From an uncultured Planctomycetota bacterium (GTDB lineage Bacteria; Planctomycetota; Planctomycetia; Gemmatales; Gemmataceae): a stretch of 64,000 nucleotides of DNA. Shown here piece after piece: positions 50,891-61,221 of this stretch (positions are counted from its first letter, which is position 1; each line of letters begins with the position of its first letter). The translations under genes and the position numbers were made by a program. A model generated the notes under the pieces. That model made no database searches. It was not told the origin of the DNA and saw nothing but the letters and a program-made list of their open reading frames with translations. Location of the stretch: the NCBI GenBank assembly GCA_963784995.1, contig CAWATZ010000006.1, forward strand, positions 328,853-392,852. The letters are read 5' to 3'.

Positions 50891-52534
50891 ATGTTCAAAC
50901 AAGCCAGGTCCGGGATTCGCACGTCCTGGAGTTCGCGCCTGCTGCGCGGGCTGGGGGCGGTTGGACTGGCCGGCGTGGTCCTGCTCAGCGGCGGCTGCGT
51001 CGTGACCGGCCCTCTGGAATGGATCAAGAACGGCTTCAAGGTCGGGCCCAACTACTGCAAGCCGCCAGCACCGGTGGCCGAGCAATGGATCGGGGCCAAC
51101 GATCCGCGTACCCAGGGTCCGCCGCCGCGCGACGGCGACTGGTGGACCGTCTTCCACGATCCCATCCTTAACGCCCTCATTTGCCGGGCTTACCAGCAGA
51201 ACCCAAACCTCTTCGCCATCGGCACCCGTGTCCTCCAGGCACGGGCGCAGCAGTCCATCGCCGTGGGCAACGTCTTCCCTCAGACCCAGCAAGTACTTGG
51301 ATTGTATCCCAACGGCACCATGGCCGGCAGTCCGTCCCACATCGATTTCACCGGCTTCAACCTGAGCTGGGAGCTGGATTTCTGGGGGAAATACCGCCGG
51401 CAAGTGGAGTCCGCCAACGCCAAGCTGGACACCTCGGTCGAAAACTACGACGACGCCCTGGTGACGTTGCTGGCCGACGTGGCCACCAATTACGTCCAGT
51501 ACCGGGTCGCCCAGATGCGGATCAAGATCGCACGCGACAACCTGCAAACGCAGGAGAAGCTGGTGGCGCTGTCCGAGCAGCAGCAGAAGGTCGGCACCGC
51601 CACCGCCCTCGACGTGGAGCAGCTCCGCACCCTCATGGAACAGACCCGCTCCACCATCCCGTTCCAGCAGATTGTCCAGGGACAGGCCAACGATCGGCTC
51701 TGTATCCTGGTGGGCGAGCCGCCCCACGACCTGGAGTGTGAACTCGGCCCGGGCCCGGAACTGGGCAGCATGCCGATGCCGGCGACCCCGGCCTGTGTTG
51801 CCGCGGGTATCCCGGCCGATTTGCTGAAGAGGCGTCCCGACGTCCGCAGCGCCGAACGCCAGGTGGCGGCCCAGAGCCCCCAGATCGGCGTGGCCACGGC
51901 CGACCTCTACCCCAGCATCTCCGTCGGCACCGCGCTGGGCGACGTGGACCTCAACCTGGGCGGGGCGCTGAAGTCCAGCGGTTTCCTGGGGTTCGTCACG
52001 CCCTCGTTCAGCTGGAACATCCTCAACTACGGCCGGCTCGTCAACAACGTCCGCCTCCAGGATGCCAAAACTCAGGAATTGATCGCGACCTTCCAGAACA
52101 AGGTGCTGAGTGCGGCCCAGGAAGTCCAGACGGCGCTGCGGGGCTTCCTGCGCTCCCAGGAACAGTCCGAGGCCATCGCCCGCAGCGCCACCGCGGCGGG
52201 CAAGGCCACCAAGATCGAGGAGAAGCTGTTCACCGACGTCAAGGCGGACATCAATCGCCTGTTCACCCTGGAGAATTCCCAGTTGCAGGAGCAGGACAAC
52301 CTGGCTGTGGCGCAGGGCAACATCGCCCTCAACTTGATCGGCGTCTACCGGGCCCTCGGTGGCGGCTGGGAAATCCGCTGCCGGGAGGGCGCTTGCGACC
52401 TGGGAGGAATTCCCGGCATTAAGCCACAAACAGGGCCGGCCGCCCCCGAACTGCTTCCGCAACCGGGACCCGCCATGGAACCCCGCAAGGACGCTCAACC
52501 GATGGGCGATAGGAAAGGAGATCAAAAGCCATGA
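50891..52534 (+). CDS. RND efflux outer-membrane factor lipoprotein (NodT/OprM family)
   Basis: Lipobox LSGGC; two OEP repeats; …GGGWEIR… near the C-terminus; the start MFKQARSG is inferred. Confidence 0.85.
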   Translation: MFKQARSGIRTSWSSRLLRGLGAVGLAGVVLLSGGCVVTGPLEWIKNGFKVGPNYCKPPAPVAEQWIGANDPRTQGPPPRDGDWWTVFHDPILNALICRAYQQNPNLFAIGTRVLQARAQQSIAVGNVFPQTQQVLGLYPNGTMAGSPSHIDFTGFNLSWELDFWGKYRRQVESANAKLDTSVENYDDALVTLLADVATNYVQYRVAQMRIKIARDNLQTQEKLVALSEQQQKVGTATALDVEQLRTLMEQTRSTIPFQQIVQGQANDRLCILVGEPPHDLECELGPGPELGSMPMPATPACVAAGIPADLLKRRPDVRSAERQVAAQSPQIGVATADLYPSISVGTALGDVDLNLGGALKSSGFLGFVTPSFSWNILNYGRLVNNVRLQDAKTQELIATFQNKVLSAAQEVQTALRGFLRSQEQSEAIARSATAAGKATKIEEKLFTDVKADINRLFTLENSQLQEQDNLAVAQGNIALNLIGVYRALGGGWEIRCREGACDLGGIPGIKPQTGPAAPELLPQPGPAMEPRKDAQPMGDRKGDQKP

Positions 52535-52857
52535 GACGCCAGACGTGGATCGGCGCCGTCCTCCTCGCGCTGCTCGTGGGGGGCTGGACCTGGGCTGGGG
52601 AGCCCGCCTGTTGCGAGCCGGGTCCGGGCCTGCTGCACAAGGTGGGGCCGGCCGGGGGCTGGAACCCTTACGGCGGCGGCCTGCTGCACTGGTGGAAGCC
52701 GTGCTGTTTCCCGCGCTGCGGGGCCCCGGACGACTATTGCCGCAAGAAGATGCCCTATCCCTGCTGGCACGGTTACCCGCCCTGGTACGTCTGGGGGCCC
52801 CCGGAAAGCTGTTGCCCGCCCGGGAATTGCTGTGGGTCAGCCAGAGATCCTCGTTAA
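52531..52857 (+). CDS. Small secreted Cys/Trp/Pro-rich protein (108 aa, 10 Cys incl. CC pairs); start overlaps the OMF stop (ATGA)
   Basis: Signal peptide MRRQTWIGAVLLALLVGGWTWA; CCEPGPG…WWKPCCFPRCG…YCRKK…PCWHG…SCCPPGNCCG. Confidence 0.5.
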   Translation: MRRQTWIGAVLLALLVGGWTWAGEPACCEPGPGLLHKVGPAGGWNPYGGGLLHWWKPCCFPRCGAPDDYCRKKMPYPCWHGYPPWYVWGPPESCCPPGNCCGSARDPR

Positions 52858-52903
52858 CCGGCGGCAGGTTCGCAAAGGCGAAAGCCCGCATGACGGCTCG
52901 GCC

Positions 52904-53614
52904 TCATCCTCCCAAAAATTCGACCGGCTCGTGTTGGCTCCAGTCCAGCCAGGCCGCGGAACCGTCTATCAGGCGGCCGGGGTTGACCACCAAGGTGCTG
53001 GCAATCCTCTGCACGCCGCGCCGCTCCGTCGGGCCTGCCACGACGCACAGACTGGGTCGCAGGCTGTCAATGAGGTCGCCAATGAGCGCGTTCCCTTCCG
53101 GTCCCCCAAGGACGCCTGGGGGAGGTTCGGGCAGCAACAGCACCCTGCGCGGCTTGTTGGAACGGCGCAAAGCCCGCAGGAAGTAGAGCGCCCGGGTTCG
53201 AGAATAGGAGTCCTCGCGCATCAGGGCCTCTTCCGCAATGGCGACGCCCAGCCCGGATACGGCCAGATCCCGTTCCTCGACAAGGGTCGCATGGACCACG
53301 TGAACGTTGGGAAAGTCCTCTTCCCCGGCCATGGCCAGGCGTCTGAATTCGTCCAGCGGCTCGAAACTCGGCTCAGGAATCACCGCGCTGAAGACCCCCA
53401 GACCGCCGAGCGCTTTGAAAAACTCCATGACGAACAGTGCGTCCTCGCGCGTGATGCCCCAGGGGGTGGTACGCGTAGCCATCTCCCGTTGTGGACTCAG
53501 GACACCTCCGGCGAACAGGATTGCTTCCGGTTTGCGCTGGCGTGCCCATTGACACAGCCTTTCGAGGCTTTCGGTTTTACCATGGACGCCGCTGCACAAG
53601 AGGAGTCGTTTCAC
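52904..53614 (-). CDS. Metallophosphoesterase (calcineurin-like) family protein; GTG start inferred
   Basis: (V/M)KRLLLCSGVHGK…ILFAGG…; phosphoesterase-like motifs. Confidence 0.6.
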   Translation of the reverse strand: MKRLLLCSGVHGKTESLERLCQWARQRKPEAILFAGGVLSPQREMATRTTPWGITREDALFVMEFFKALGGLGVFSAVIPEPSFEPLDEFRRLAMAGEEDFPNVHVVHATLVEERDLAVSGLGVAIAEEALMREDSYSRTRALYFLRALRRSNKPRRVLLLPEPPPGVLGGPEGNALIGDLIDSLRPSLCVVAGPTERRGVQRIASTLVVNPGRLIDGSAAWLDWSQHEPVEFLGG

Positions 53615-53675
53615 GTCAATCACCTCGTCCTTTGCCAGGGCAGGCACGGGCCAGCCTGGATGCCAGTCTTCGCGC

Positions 53676-54794
53676 CTACGCCATGGACCCGATGGTCCTG
53701 CGGAAGCGGAAGAGGGCGACATTGAACAGGGTCGTGCCGATCACGGCGAGGGCGAGGAAGTTCGGCCAGACGGTCTCCAGGCCCGCCCCGCGGTACAGGA
53801 TGCTCTGGGCGATCATGACGAAGTGGGTGGTGGGCGCCGCCAGCATGATCTGCTGCACCCACTCGGGCATGCTCTCGCGCGGGGTCAAGCCGCCCTGGAG
53901 CACCTGCAAGGGCAGCAGCACCAGGATCATCAGCAGGGCGAACTGCGGCATCGTGCGGGCGAAGGTGGCCAGGAACATGCCCAGCGACGTGGTGGCGAAC
54001 AGGTGCAGCGCCGCCCCGCACAGGAACAGGGCGACCGAGCCCTGGATCGGGACCAGAAGCCAGCCCTGCACGACGAAGGCCAGGGAGAGGGCGGAGGCGA
54101 CGAGTACCACCAGCCCCATCGACCAGATCTTGCTCGTCATGATCTCGAACGGCGTCACCGGCATCACCAGCAGGTGCTCGACCGTGCCGCGCTCGCGCTC
54201 GCGGATCAGCGCGGCGCCGGTGAGCAGGACCCCCAGCATGGTGATCTGGTCGATCAGCGACACTACGCCGCCGAACCAGGACCGGGTCAGGTTGGCGTTG
54301 AACCGCACCCGCTCCTCGATGTTCACCGGCGGACTGAAGTTGCTCCGGTAGCGCTGCAGCCACGACTGCACCTCGCCCAGCACGATCGTCTGCACGTAGC
54401 CTGAGCCGCTGAACGCCTGGCCGACGCGGGTCGCGTCGGTGTTGAGCTGGATCGTGGGCGCGCGCCCGGCCAGCACGTCCTCCTGGAACCGGGGGGGATG
54501 TTCAGCGCGAAGGTGTCCAGTCCGGCGTCCATCCGGTTGTCCATTTCTGCGCGACACCAGCTTCGGTGGCTTGAAGAGCGGCGGCTGGAAGGCGTTGACG
54601 ATCCGCAGCGACAGCGGCGACTGGTCCTCGTCCACGATGGCGATGGGGGCCTTGTGAAGCGTGTCCGGCAATCCGGTCGCGGTCGAATAGATCACGACCG
54701 TGAAGGCGAAGGCGATCAGCAGCAGCATGATCGGGTCGCGGACCAGGCTCCACCATTCCTTGACGCCCAGGTGCAGGATGTTACTAACGCGCAT
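53676..54794 (-). CDS. ABC-2 type transporter permease (YhhJ-like)
   Basis: MRVSNILHLGVKEWWSLVRDPIMLLLIAFAFTVVIYSTATG…APIAIVDEDQSPLS matches the YhhJ N-terminus; 6 TM segments at the C-terminus. Confidence 0.75.
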   Translation of the reverse strand: MRVSNILHLGVKEWWSLVRDPIMLLLIAFAFTVVIYSTATGLPDTLHKAPIAIVDEDQSPLSLRIVNAFQPPLFKPPKLVSRRNGQPDGRRTGHLRAEHPPRFQEDVLAGRAPTIQLNTDATRVGQAFSGSGYVQTIVLGEVQSWLQRYRSNFSPPVNIEERVRFNANLTRSWFGGVVSLIDQITMLGVLLTGAALIRERERGTVEHLLVMPVTPFEIMTSKIWSMGLVVLVASALSLAFVVQGWLLVPIQGSVALFLCGAALHLFATTSLGMFLATFARTMPQFALLMILVLLPLQVLQGGLTPRESMPEWVQQIMLAAPTTHFVMIAQSILYRGAGLETVWPNFLALAVIGTTLFNVALFRFRRTIGSMA

Positions 54795-54797
54795 GGC

Positions 54798-57649
54798 TCA
54801 GGTCTCCTGTTTCTTCAGAAAGGCCGCGCTCAGCCCGATCAGCACCGGGATGGTGATCAGCAAGGGCAGGTACGATCCATACAGGCCGCCAAAGCCCAGC
54901 GCCTTGTTGAAGGTGCCGCGGGAGATCGTGATGTAATGGGCGGTGGGGTAAATTTCCCCGGTCAGACGACCAAAGCCCTCCAGCGAGGAAACCGGGTCGA
55001 TGAGGCCGCAAAAATTCGAGGCGGGGATCAGCGTGATGACGGTCGTCGCGAACAACGCCGCCACCTGGGTGCGCGTCAGGGTCGAGACGAACAGCCCCAG
55101 CCCGGTGGTGCAACTGACGTAGAGCAGCGCGGCGACGGCCGCGGCCCAAAAATCCCCCTTCATGGGCACGCCAATGACTGTCACCGCCAGCGCCGTCATC
55201 ATCAGGAAGTTGAGCATCCCCAGGGCCACGTAGGGGAGCTGCTTGCCCAGCAGGAACTCCAGGCGCGTCGTCGGCGTGACGTAGAAGTTGATGATCGAGC
55301 CGAGGTCTTTCTCGCGGACCACCGACAGCGTCGCCAGCATGGCCGGGATGAGGAGCAGCAAGAGCGGGATCACGGCCGGCACCATCGCCGGCAGGCTCTG
55401 GACGTCGGGGTTGTAGCGATACCGCAGCTCGATGTTGGCGGGCATGACCAGCTGGCGCTGACCCAGGCCGAGTTGCTGGCGCTGGCCGAGCCGGTGTCGG
55501 GCCTCTTGCTGTAACCAGCGGAGGTGGATCTGCTGCACGTAGCCCCGGATCGTCTCGCCGCGTGTCGGCATGGAGCCGTCGATCCAGACGCCAATGCGCA
55601 CCGGCCTGCCGTTGCTCACGTCCCGGCCGAAGTGGGGGGGATCTCGAGGGCCATGCTGATCTCCCCCGACTTCATGCGCCGGTCGAGTTCCTCGTAGTCG
55701 GTGATCGGCGGCCGCTCGGTGAAGTAGCGGCTGGAGCCGGCGATGTCGATGGCGTAGTCGGTGCTGACGTTCGTCTGGTCGCGGTCCAGCACGGCGTATT
55801 TCAGGTGTTCGACGTCCAGGGAGATGCCGTAGCCCATGATGAACATCAGGAGCACGGTGCCCAGGCCGGCCATCGACATGCGGATCGGGTCGCGGGTCAA
55901 CTCTGTCAGCTCGCGGTAGCTGCAAGCCAGCATCCGCTGGAGGCTGAACCAGGAGTTGGTTCGGGCCGGGCCGGAGTGGGGCGTCGCTGCCGCGCCCGCC
56001 TCGACCGGGACGCTTTTCTGCGCCGCCGGCGGCGCGTCGCCCTGGGCCTTTTGGGCGTCTTCCAGGTAGCCGATGAACGCATCGGACAGCGTTGCCGCGT
56101 GCCGACTCTGGATCACCCCGGCCGGGGTATCGACGACCAGCACCTTGCCGGCGTTCATCAGCGAGATGCGGTCGCAGCGCAGGGCCTCGTTCATGAAGTG
56201 GGTGGTGATGAAGATCGTCACCTTGTCCTTGCGGGACAGCTCGATCAGGTGTTCCCAGAAGCCGTCCCGGGCCACGGGATCGACGCCCGAGGTCGGCTCG
56301 TCGAGGAGCAGCAGGGCCGGCTTGTGGATCAGCGCCACGGCCAGCTGCAGGCGCTGCCGTTGCCCCAGGGGGAGCGAGTCGGGCAGCGCCTCCATGATTT
56401 CATCGAGGCCGAACCGCGCGGCCGTTTCTTCGACGCGCTGCGGGATCTCGGCCCTGGGCACGTCAAAGAGCTGGGCGTGCAGGACCAGGTTCTGCCGCAC
56501 CGTCAGCTCGGAATAGAGGGAGAAGGCCTGCGACATGTAGCCGACCTTGCGGCGGACGGTGACGTCATTGGCATCGACCGGCTCGCCGAACAGCCACGCC
56601 TTCCCCTCGGTGGCCGGCAGCAGGCCGCACAGCATCTTCATCGTCGTCGATTTGCCGCAGCCGTTGGCGCCGAGGAATCCGAAGATCTCCCCCTGCTCGA
56701 TCCGGAAGCTGACGTGATCGACCGCGACGAAATTGCCGAAGCGCTGGGTCAGGCCCTGCGCCTCGATGATCACCTCGTGTTCTCCCGGCGGGCGCGGGGG
56801 GACCACCACCTCGTGGTGGCCGCGCCTCATCTCCTCCGGCAAGAGGGAGACGAAGGCCTCCTCCAGGGACCGGGCGCCGGTTCGCGCCGGCAGCTCCGCC
56901 GGCGTGCCGGCGGCGAGCACGTGGCCGGCGAACATCGCCACCAGGTGGTCGAAGCGGGCGGCCTCCTCCATGTAGGCGGTCGAAACCAGGACGCTCATGC
57001 CCGGCCGGTCCGCCCGGATGCGATCGACCAGCTCCCAGAACTGCCGGCGCGACAGCGGATCGACGCCGGTGGTCGGCTCGTCGAGGATCAGCAGGTCGGG
57101 GTCATGGATCAGGGCGCAGACCAGGCAGAGCTTCTGCTTCATGCCGCCGGACAGCTTGCCGGCCGGCCGGTTGGGGAAGCGCCCCAGCCCGATACTGTCC
57201 AGCAGCCCGGCGATGCGGTGCTTGGCCTCGGCCCGGCTGAGGCCGAACAGTCGGGCGAAGAAGTCGGAGTTCTCGAAGCAGGACAGGGTCGGGTAGAGGT
57301 TCTTGCCCAGGCCCTGCGGCATGTAGGCGATGCGCGGGCAGGCCTCCCGGCGGAAGCCGGCGTCGGCCATGTCGCCGCCGAGCACCTCGACGTGCCCCTG
57401 CTGGATGCGGCGGGCGCCGGCGACCAGCGCCATCAGGCTGGACTTGCCCACGCCGTCCGGGCCGATCAGCCCGACCATGCAGCCGGCCGGCAGATCGAGG
57501 GTGACGGCATCGAGGGCATGGGTCTTGCCGTACCGCAAGCTCACGTCCTTCAGTCGCGCCACCGGCTTGTCCGTGACAGGGTGACAAGGTGACAAGGTGA
57601 CAAGGTGACCGGGCATCGGCCGTCCCACACTATCTTCGCTCGTACTCAT
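54798..57649 (-). CDS. RbbA/YhiH-like ABC protein: two ATPase domains fused to an ABC-2 permease; apparent frameshift at G7 run 55634-55640
   Basis: Two Walker A sites ([18 protein letters not shown]), two signature motifs (LSGGMKQK, …LPLGQRQRL) and a permease tail; the ORFs 55616-57649 and 54798-55925 overlap in different frames. Confidence 0.8.
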
Positions 57650-57700
57650 GGCTTCTCCTTCACCTTGTCACCTTGTCACCTTGTCACCTTGTCATCTTGC
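57573..57700. repeat. (GGTGACAA)4 tandem array and its inverted complement (TTGTCACC)4, forming a perfect 30-bp stem around a 52-nt loop that holds the rbbA RBS and start codon
   Basis: Arms at 57581-57610 and 57663-57692. The array also encodes the UbiB C-terminus (…DDKVTR*) and rbbA codons 12-21. Confidence 0.7.
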
Positions 57701-59382
57701 TCCGCCGCGGCGATGGAGCGGCGGAGCCGGATGCCGAGGTAAGCCGCCAGAACCAAACAGGCGAAGCCCAGCGCCGGTCGCAGCAGGCCTGGCTCGGCCC
57801 CGTCGCTCCGGCTGAGCAGCAGCGCCGAGCTGAGCAGCAGCGCGGCGGTAAGCAGTCCCTCCACAAGGCGGTGAATGCTCGCTTGCAGCTGGCGGTGCTC
57901 GTGTTTCAGCTCGAGCGTGCCGGCTCGAAAGCGGTGGAGGATGTCGGCCAGATCATCCGGGACCAGCCGGACCAGGCGATCGTAGCCGCGGGCCGCCCGC
58001 CGCGCGTTCCGCCACCAGCGTCCCGGCCTGACCAACCGGCCCCCGGAGCGCGCCTGGTAGTCAACGATCAGCTCCATCAGGCTGAACGCCGGGTCGAGCT
58101 GCCGCGCTGAGCCATCCAGAACCATCAGGGTCCGCAGCAGCAGGGATGCGTTGGGCGGCAGGAGGATGTGGTAGCGGGCGATGATGTCGATCACCTCCCC
58201 CAGCGCCGACCCCAGCTGCAGCTCCTTGATCGGCCGGGAAGCATACTCGGCGATCAAGGCCGCCAGGTCGGCGCAGAGCGCCTGGCGATCGAGATCGGGA
58301 GGAGGCGTCCCCAGGCGAATGACTTGCTCCGCCAGTTCCTCCACGTCGTTCTCGGTCACGGCCAGGAGCGCCGCCTCGAGGTCCTCGCGGAGTCCTTCGT
58401 CCAGCCGCCCGACCATGCCGCAGTCGAGGACGCCCACCACGCCGCCCGGAAGGATGACGTAGTTGCCCGGGTGCGGGTCGGCGTGAAAGAAGCCATCGCG
58501 GAAAATCATGTTCAGGTACATCGTCCCGGCCCGGCGGGCGAAGGCGGCACGGTCCACCTCGCTGGCCGCCTTCCCAACGTCGCAGCCGAGGACCCCTTCG
58601 AGCAATTCCATGGTCAGGACCCGTCGCCCGGAGAGTTCGGGGTAGACCCGGGGGAAATGCACGCCCGCGTCGCCGGCGAAGCGGCGGGCGAACTCTTCGA
58701 GATTGCGCCGCTCGGCCGTCAGATCCAGCTCGCGAAGCAGCGTCCGGCGAAACTCCTGGACCGTATTGACGGGCCGGTAGTTGCGGAGGGCGGCCACGCG
58801 CTTCTGGGCCAGTTTCGCCAGGCCGAGGATCAGGTCCAGGTCCCGGTGAACGATCGCCTCGATCCCGTCGTGCTGGACCTTGACGACCACCACCTGGCCG
58901 CCACGCAACCGAGCCCGGTGAACCTGCCCGATCGACGCCGACGCCATTGCCTCGGGACTGAACTCCTCGAACAACTCCTCGGGAGGCTTGCCCAGTTCGG
59001 CCTCGATCGTGCGGCGGACGACCTCAATCGGTTCAGCGGGGGTGCCGGACTGCAGCTTGCTCAGCTCGGCTGCGAGCGCGTTCCCGACCAGATCGGGACG
59101 GGTGCTGAGCATCTGACCCAGCTTGACAAAGGTCGTGCCGAGTTCCAGCAGCGCCAGCCGGATGCGCTCCTCCCACCCGAACTGGTCGAGCCGTTGCCCG
59201 TTGGGAGTGACCAGCCATTGGCGCAGCCAGCTGGCCCGTGACGTCCCCAGCCAGTCCGCCAGCCCGTACTTCCCGAGGACGAGCAGGATTTGCCGAAGGC
59301 GAGCTTCGTTCTCCTGAAACCGGGCCAGGGTTTTAAGCAACATGGAGGTATCCTCGCGGCTTCCTCTGGGCGGCCGGGGCAT
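57676..59382 (-). CDS. UbiB/ABC1 (AarF-domain) atypical kinase with C-terminal TM segments
   Basis: ASIGQVHRARL…VVVKVQHDGIE…HADPHPGNYV…DCGMVG. Confidence 0.8.
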   Translation of the reverse strand: MPRPPRGSREDTSMLLKTLARFQENEARLRQILLVLGKYGLADWLGTSRASWLRQWLVTPNGQRLDQFGWEERIRLALLELGTTFVKLGQMLSTRPDLVGNALAAELSKLQSGTPAEPIEVVRRTIEAELGKPPEELFEEFSPEAMASASIGQVHRARLRGGQVVVVKVQHDGIEAIVHRDLDLILGLAKLAQKRVAALRNYRPVNTVQEFRRTLLRELDLTAERRNLEEFARRFAGDAGVHFPRVYPELSGRRVLTMELLEGVLGCDVGKAASEVDRAAFARRAGTMYLNMIFRDGFFHADPHPGNYVILPGGVVGVLDCGMVGRLDEGLREDLEAALLAVTENDVEELAEQVIRLGTPPPDLDRQALCADLAALIAEYASRPIKELQLGSALGEVIDIIARYHILLPPNASLLLRTLMVLDGSARQLDPAFSLMELIVDYQARSGGRLVRPGRWWRNARRAARGYDRLVRLVPDDLADILHRFRAGTLELKHEHRQLQASIHRLVEGLLTAALLLSSALLLSRSDGAEPGLLRPALGFACLVLAAYLGIRLRRSIAAAEQDDKVTR

Positions 59383-59388
59383 GGTCCG

Positions 59389-60452
59389 TCATTCCGGAAG
59401 CCTCACCTGCAAATGCGCGGGCCATTCGGCCTGCGGGTCCAGCTGCACGTAGGCCACACCGGGCAACCCGGTCTTGACGTCGCGGACGTACTTCTTGAGC
59501 AGCTCCGGCGGTACGTGGGCCTTGATGCGGAACGTCAGCTTCTGCCGCTCCACGGCGGTTTCCACCGTCTTGGGCGTGAACTGGGCGACGTCCGCGACAA
59601 AGGTCACCTTGGCCGGGATGACGAACTGCGGAACGGCATCGAGGACCAGACGGACCTCGGCCCCCAGCTTGACCCGGCCCGCCTCGGCCTCGGGCAGGAA
59701 GAAGGTCATGTAGACGTCGGAGAGATCGATCATGTTCAGCACTTTCCCGCCCGATTGCAGCATCTCGCCGGGCTGGGCGACGCGGTACTGCACGCGACCG
59801 CCGCGCGGCGCTTTCAAGGCGCTGTCGTTGATGTCCGACTCGATTCGTTCGATGGTCGCCTTCGCCGCCTCGACGTTCGCTTTCGCGGTAATGATGAACG
59901 ATTCGGCCGTGGCGATGGCGGCTTCCGCCGCCGCCACGTTCGCTTTCGCGGATTCGACGGCCGCCTTGGAGCTGAAGAGGGAGGCGCGTCGGGTATCGAC
60001 CTCCTCTTTCGACATGCCGCCCGTCTTCACCAGCTCCTGCGCCGGGTCAGATTCTTGCTCGCCAGATCCATCTCGGTCTCGCGCTGGGCGACCACGGCTT
60101 CATTGGCCGCCTTCTCGCTCTTGCGCTGCACCAGGGTGCTCTGGGCGCTTTTCACGGCGCTTTCTGCCTGGCGGAGTTTCGCCACGGCTTCCCGGCGCTG
60201 GGCCTGGAGCGTATCGGTATCCATGTAGGCGACGACTTGACCGGCGGTCACGTAGTCGCCTTCATCCACCAGCTCCTGCTTGATGCGGAGCGCGAGTTTG
60301 GTGGCAATGTCCACCTCGGTCGCCTCGATGCGGCCGTTGCTTTTCGTGAATCCTGCCGGCAGCGGGGCGGGCTGGAAATACTTCCAGCCGAAGTAACCGG
60401 CAACGCCCAACCCAATTACCAGGATCAACAGGAGCCATTTTCGAGCGGTCAT
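59389..60452 (-). CDS. HlyD-family secretion/membrane-fusion protein (YhiI-like); apparent frameshift ~60030
   Basis: N-terminal TM and coiled coil (ORF 60027-60452) followed by HlyD beta-barrel/lipoyl motifs (ORF 59389-60030: …[33 protein letters not shown]…). Confidence 0.75.
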
Positions 60453-60465
60453 GGTTCGTTCCCTC

Positions 60466-60957
60466 TCATGCGTTCGCAGTTGTCTCGACCTCGGAAGTGC
60501 AGACGGATGCCTCCGGAGAGGGGGCCTTCACGACCAGCACGGGGCAGGGGCAATGCCGCACGACTTCCTCGGTCTTGCTTCCCCAGAAGAGCCGGCTGAG
60601 CCCGGTACGACCGTGGCTGCCCATCACGACCAGGACCCCTTCGCCCAGCTCCCGGACCTTCTCTTCGAGCAGATGCCTGGCTTTGGACTTGGTACCTACC
60701 ACGACGGCGTACTGAACCGGCACTTTGGGCGTGTCTGCCTGGAGGGTGCGGTACTCCTCCCAGAGGTCGAATGCTTCCGGAGCGTGCGGATCGAGGAGGA
60801 CTTTCCCCTCCTCGGTGACGATTGCCGGGGGAGAGACAACGTGGAAGACGACAACCTTCGCGCCCAGGGCCTGGGCGAGCGACCGAGCGACATGGAAGGC
60901 TTCCTTCGACGGTTCGTCGAAATCGGTCGGGTGAATGAGTGTCTGGAACGGCGGCAT
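60466..60957 (-). CDS. Universal stress protein (UspA family)
   Basis: …VVVFHVVS…GVLVVMGSHGRTGLSRLFWGSKTEEVVRHCPCPVLVV. Confidence 0.7.
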   Translation of the reverse strand: MPPFQTLIHPTDFDEPSKEAFHVARSLAQALGAKVVVFHVVSPPAIVTEEGKVLLDPHAPEAFDLWEEYRTLQADTPKVPVQYAVVVGTKSKARHLLEEKVRELGEGVLVVMGSHGRTGLSRLFWGSKTEEVVRHCPCPVLVVKAPSPEASVCTSEVETTANA

Positions 60958-61221
60958 GACATACCTCCTTCGGCCAACCTGGCCGGTATTGCCCCGCTGA
61001 ACGCCTCGGCGGCGTGGATTCACTTGGGGGCCTCCAGTTTGCTCTCGTTCTGTTTCCTTCCCTTTGCACTTGATGTGCCGAGTTGAACGCCTCCCTACGT
61101 TTCCGGCGCAGGTGTTTGGAAGAAAAGGAGTTGTGTCGGCAAATCATCTGTCAGACGTGCGAATGCTTGGTGTGCGAGAACGCACACCCAAACCCGAACT
61201 CGCTCACCATCCTCGCGGGCG

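Noticed and set aside
50870-52891. 673-aa minus-strand ORF
   Set aside because: It is antisense to the outer-membrane efflux factor gene.
55562-57592. 676-aa plus-strand ORF
   Set aside because: It is antisense to the rbbA-like ABC gene, which has Walker and signature motifs on the minus strand.
57573-57700. Possible CRISPR array from the tandem 8-mers
   Set aside because: The repeats are 8 nt with no spacers. They are arranged as an inverted pair around a start codon, and no cas genes are present.
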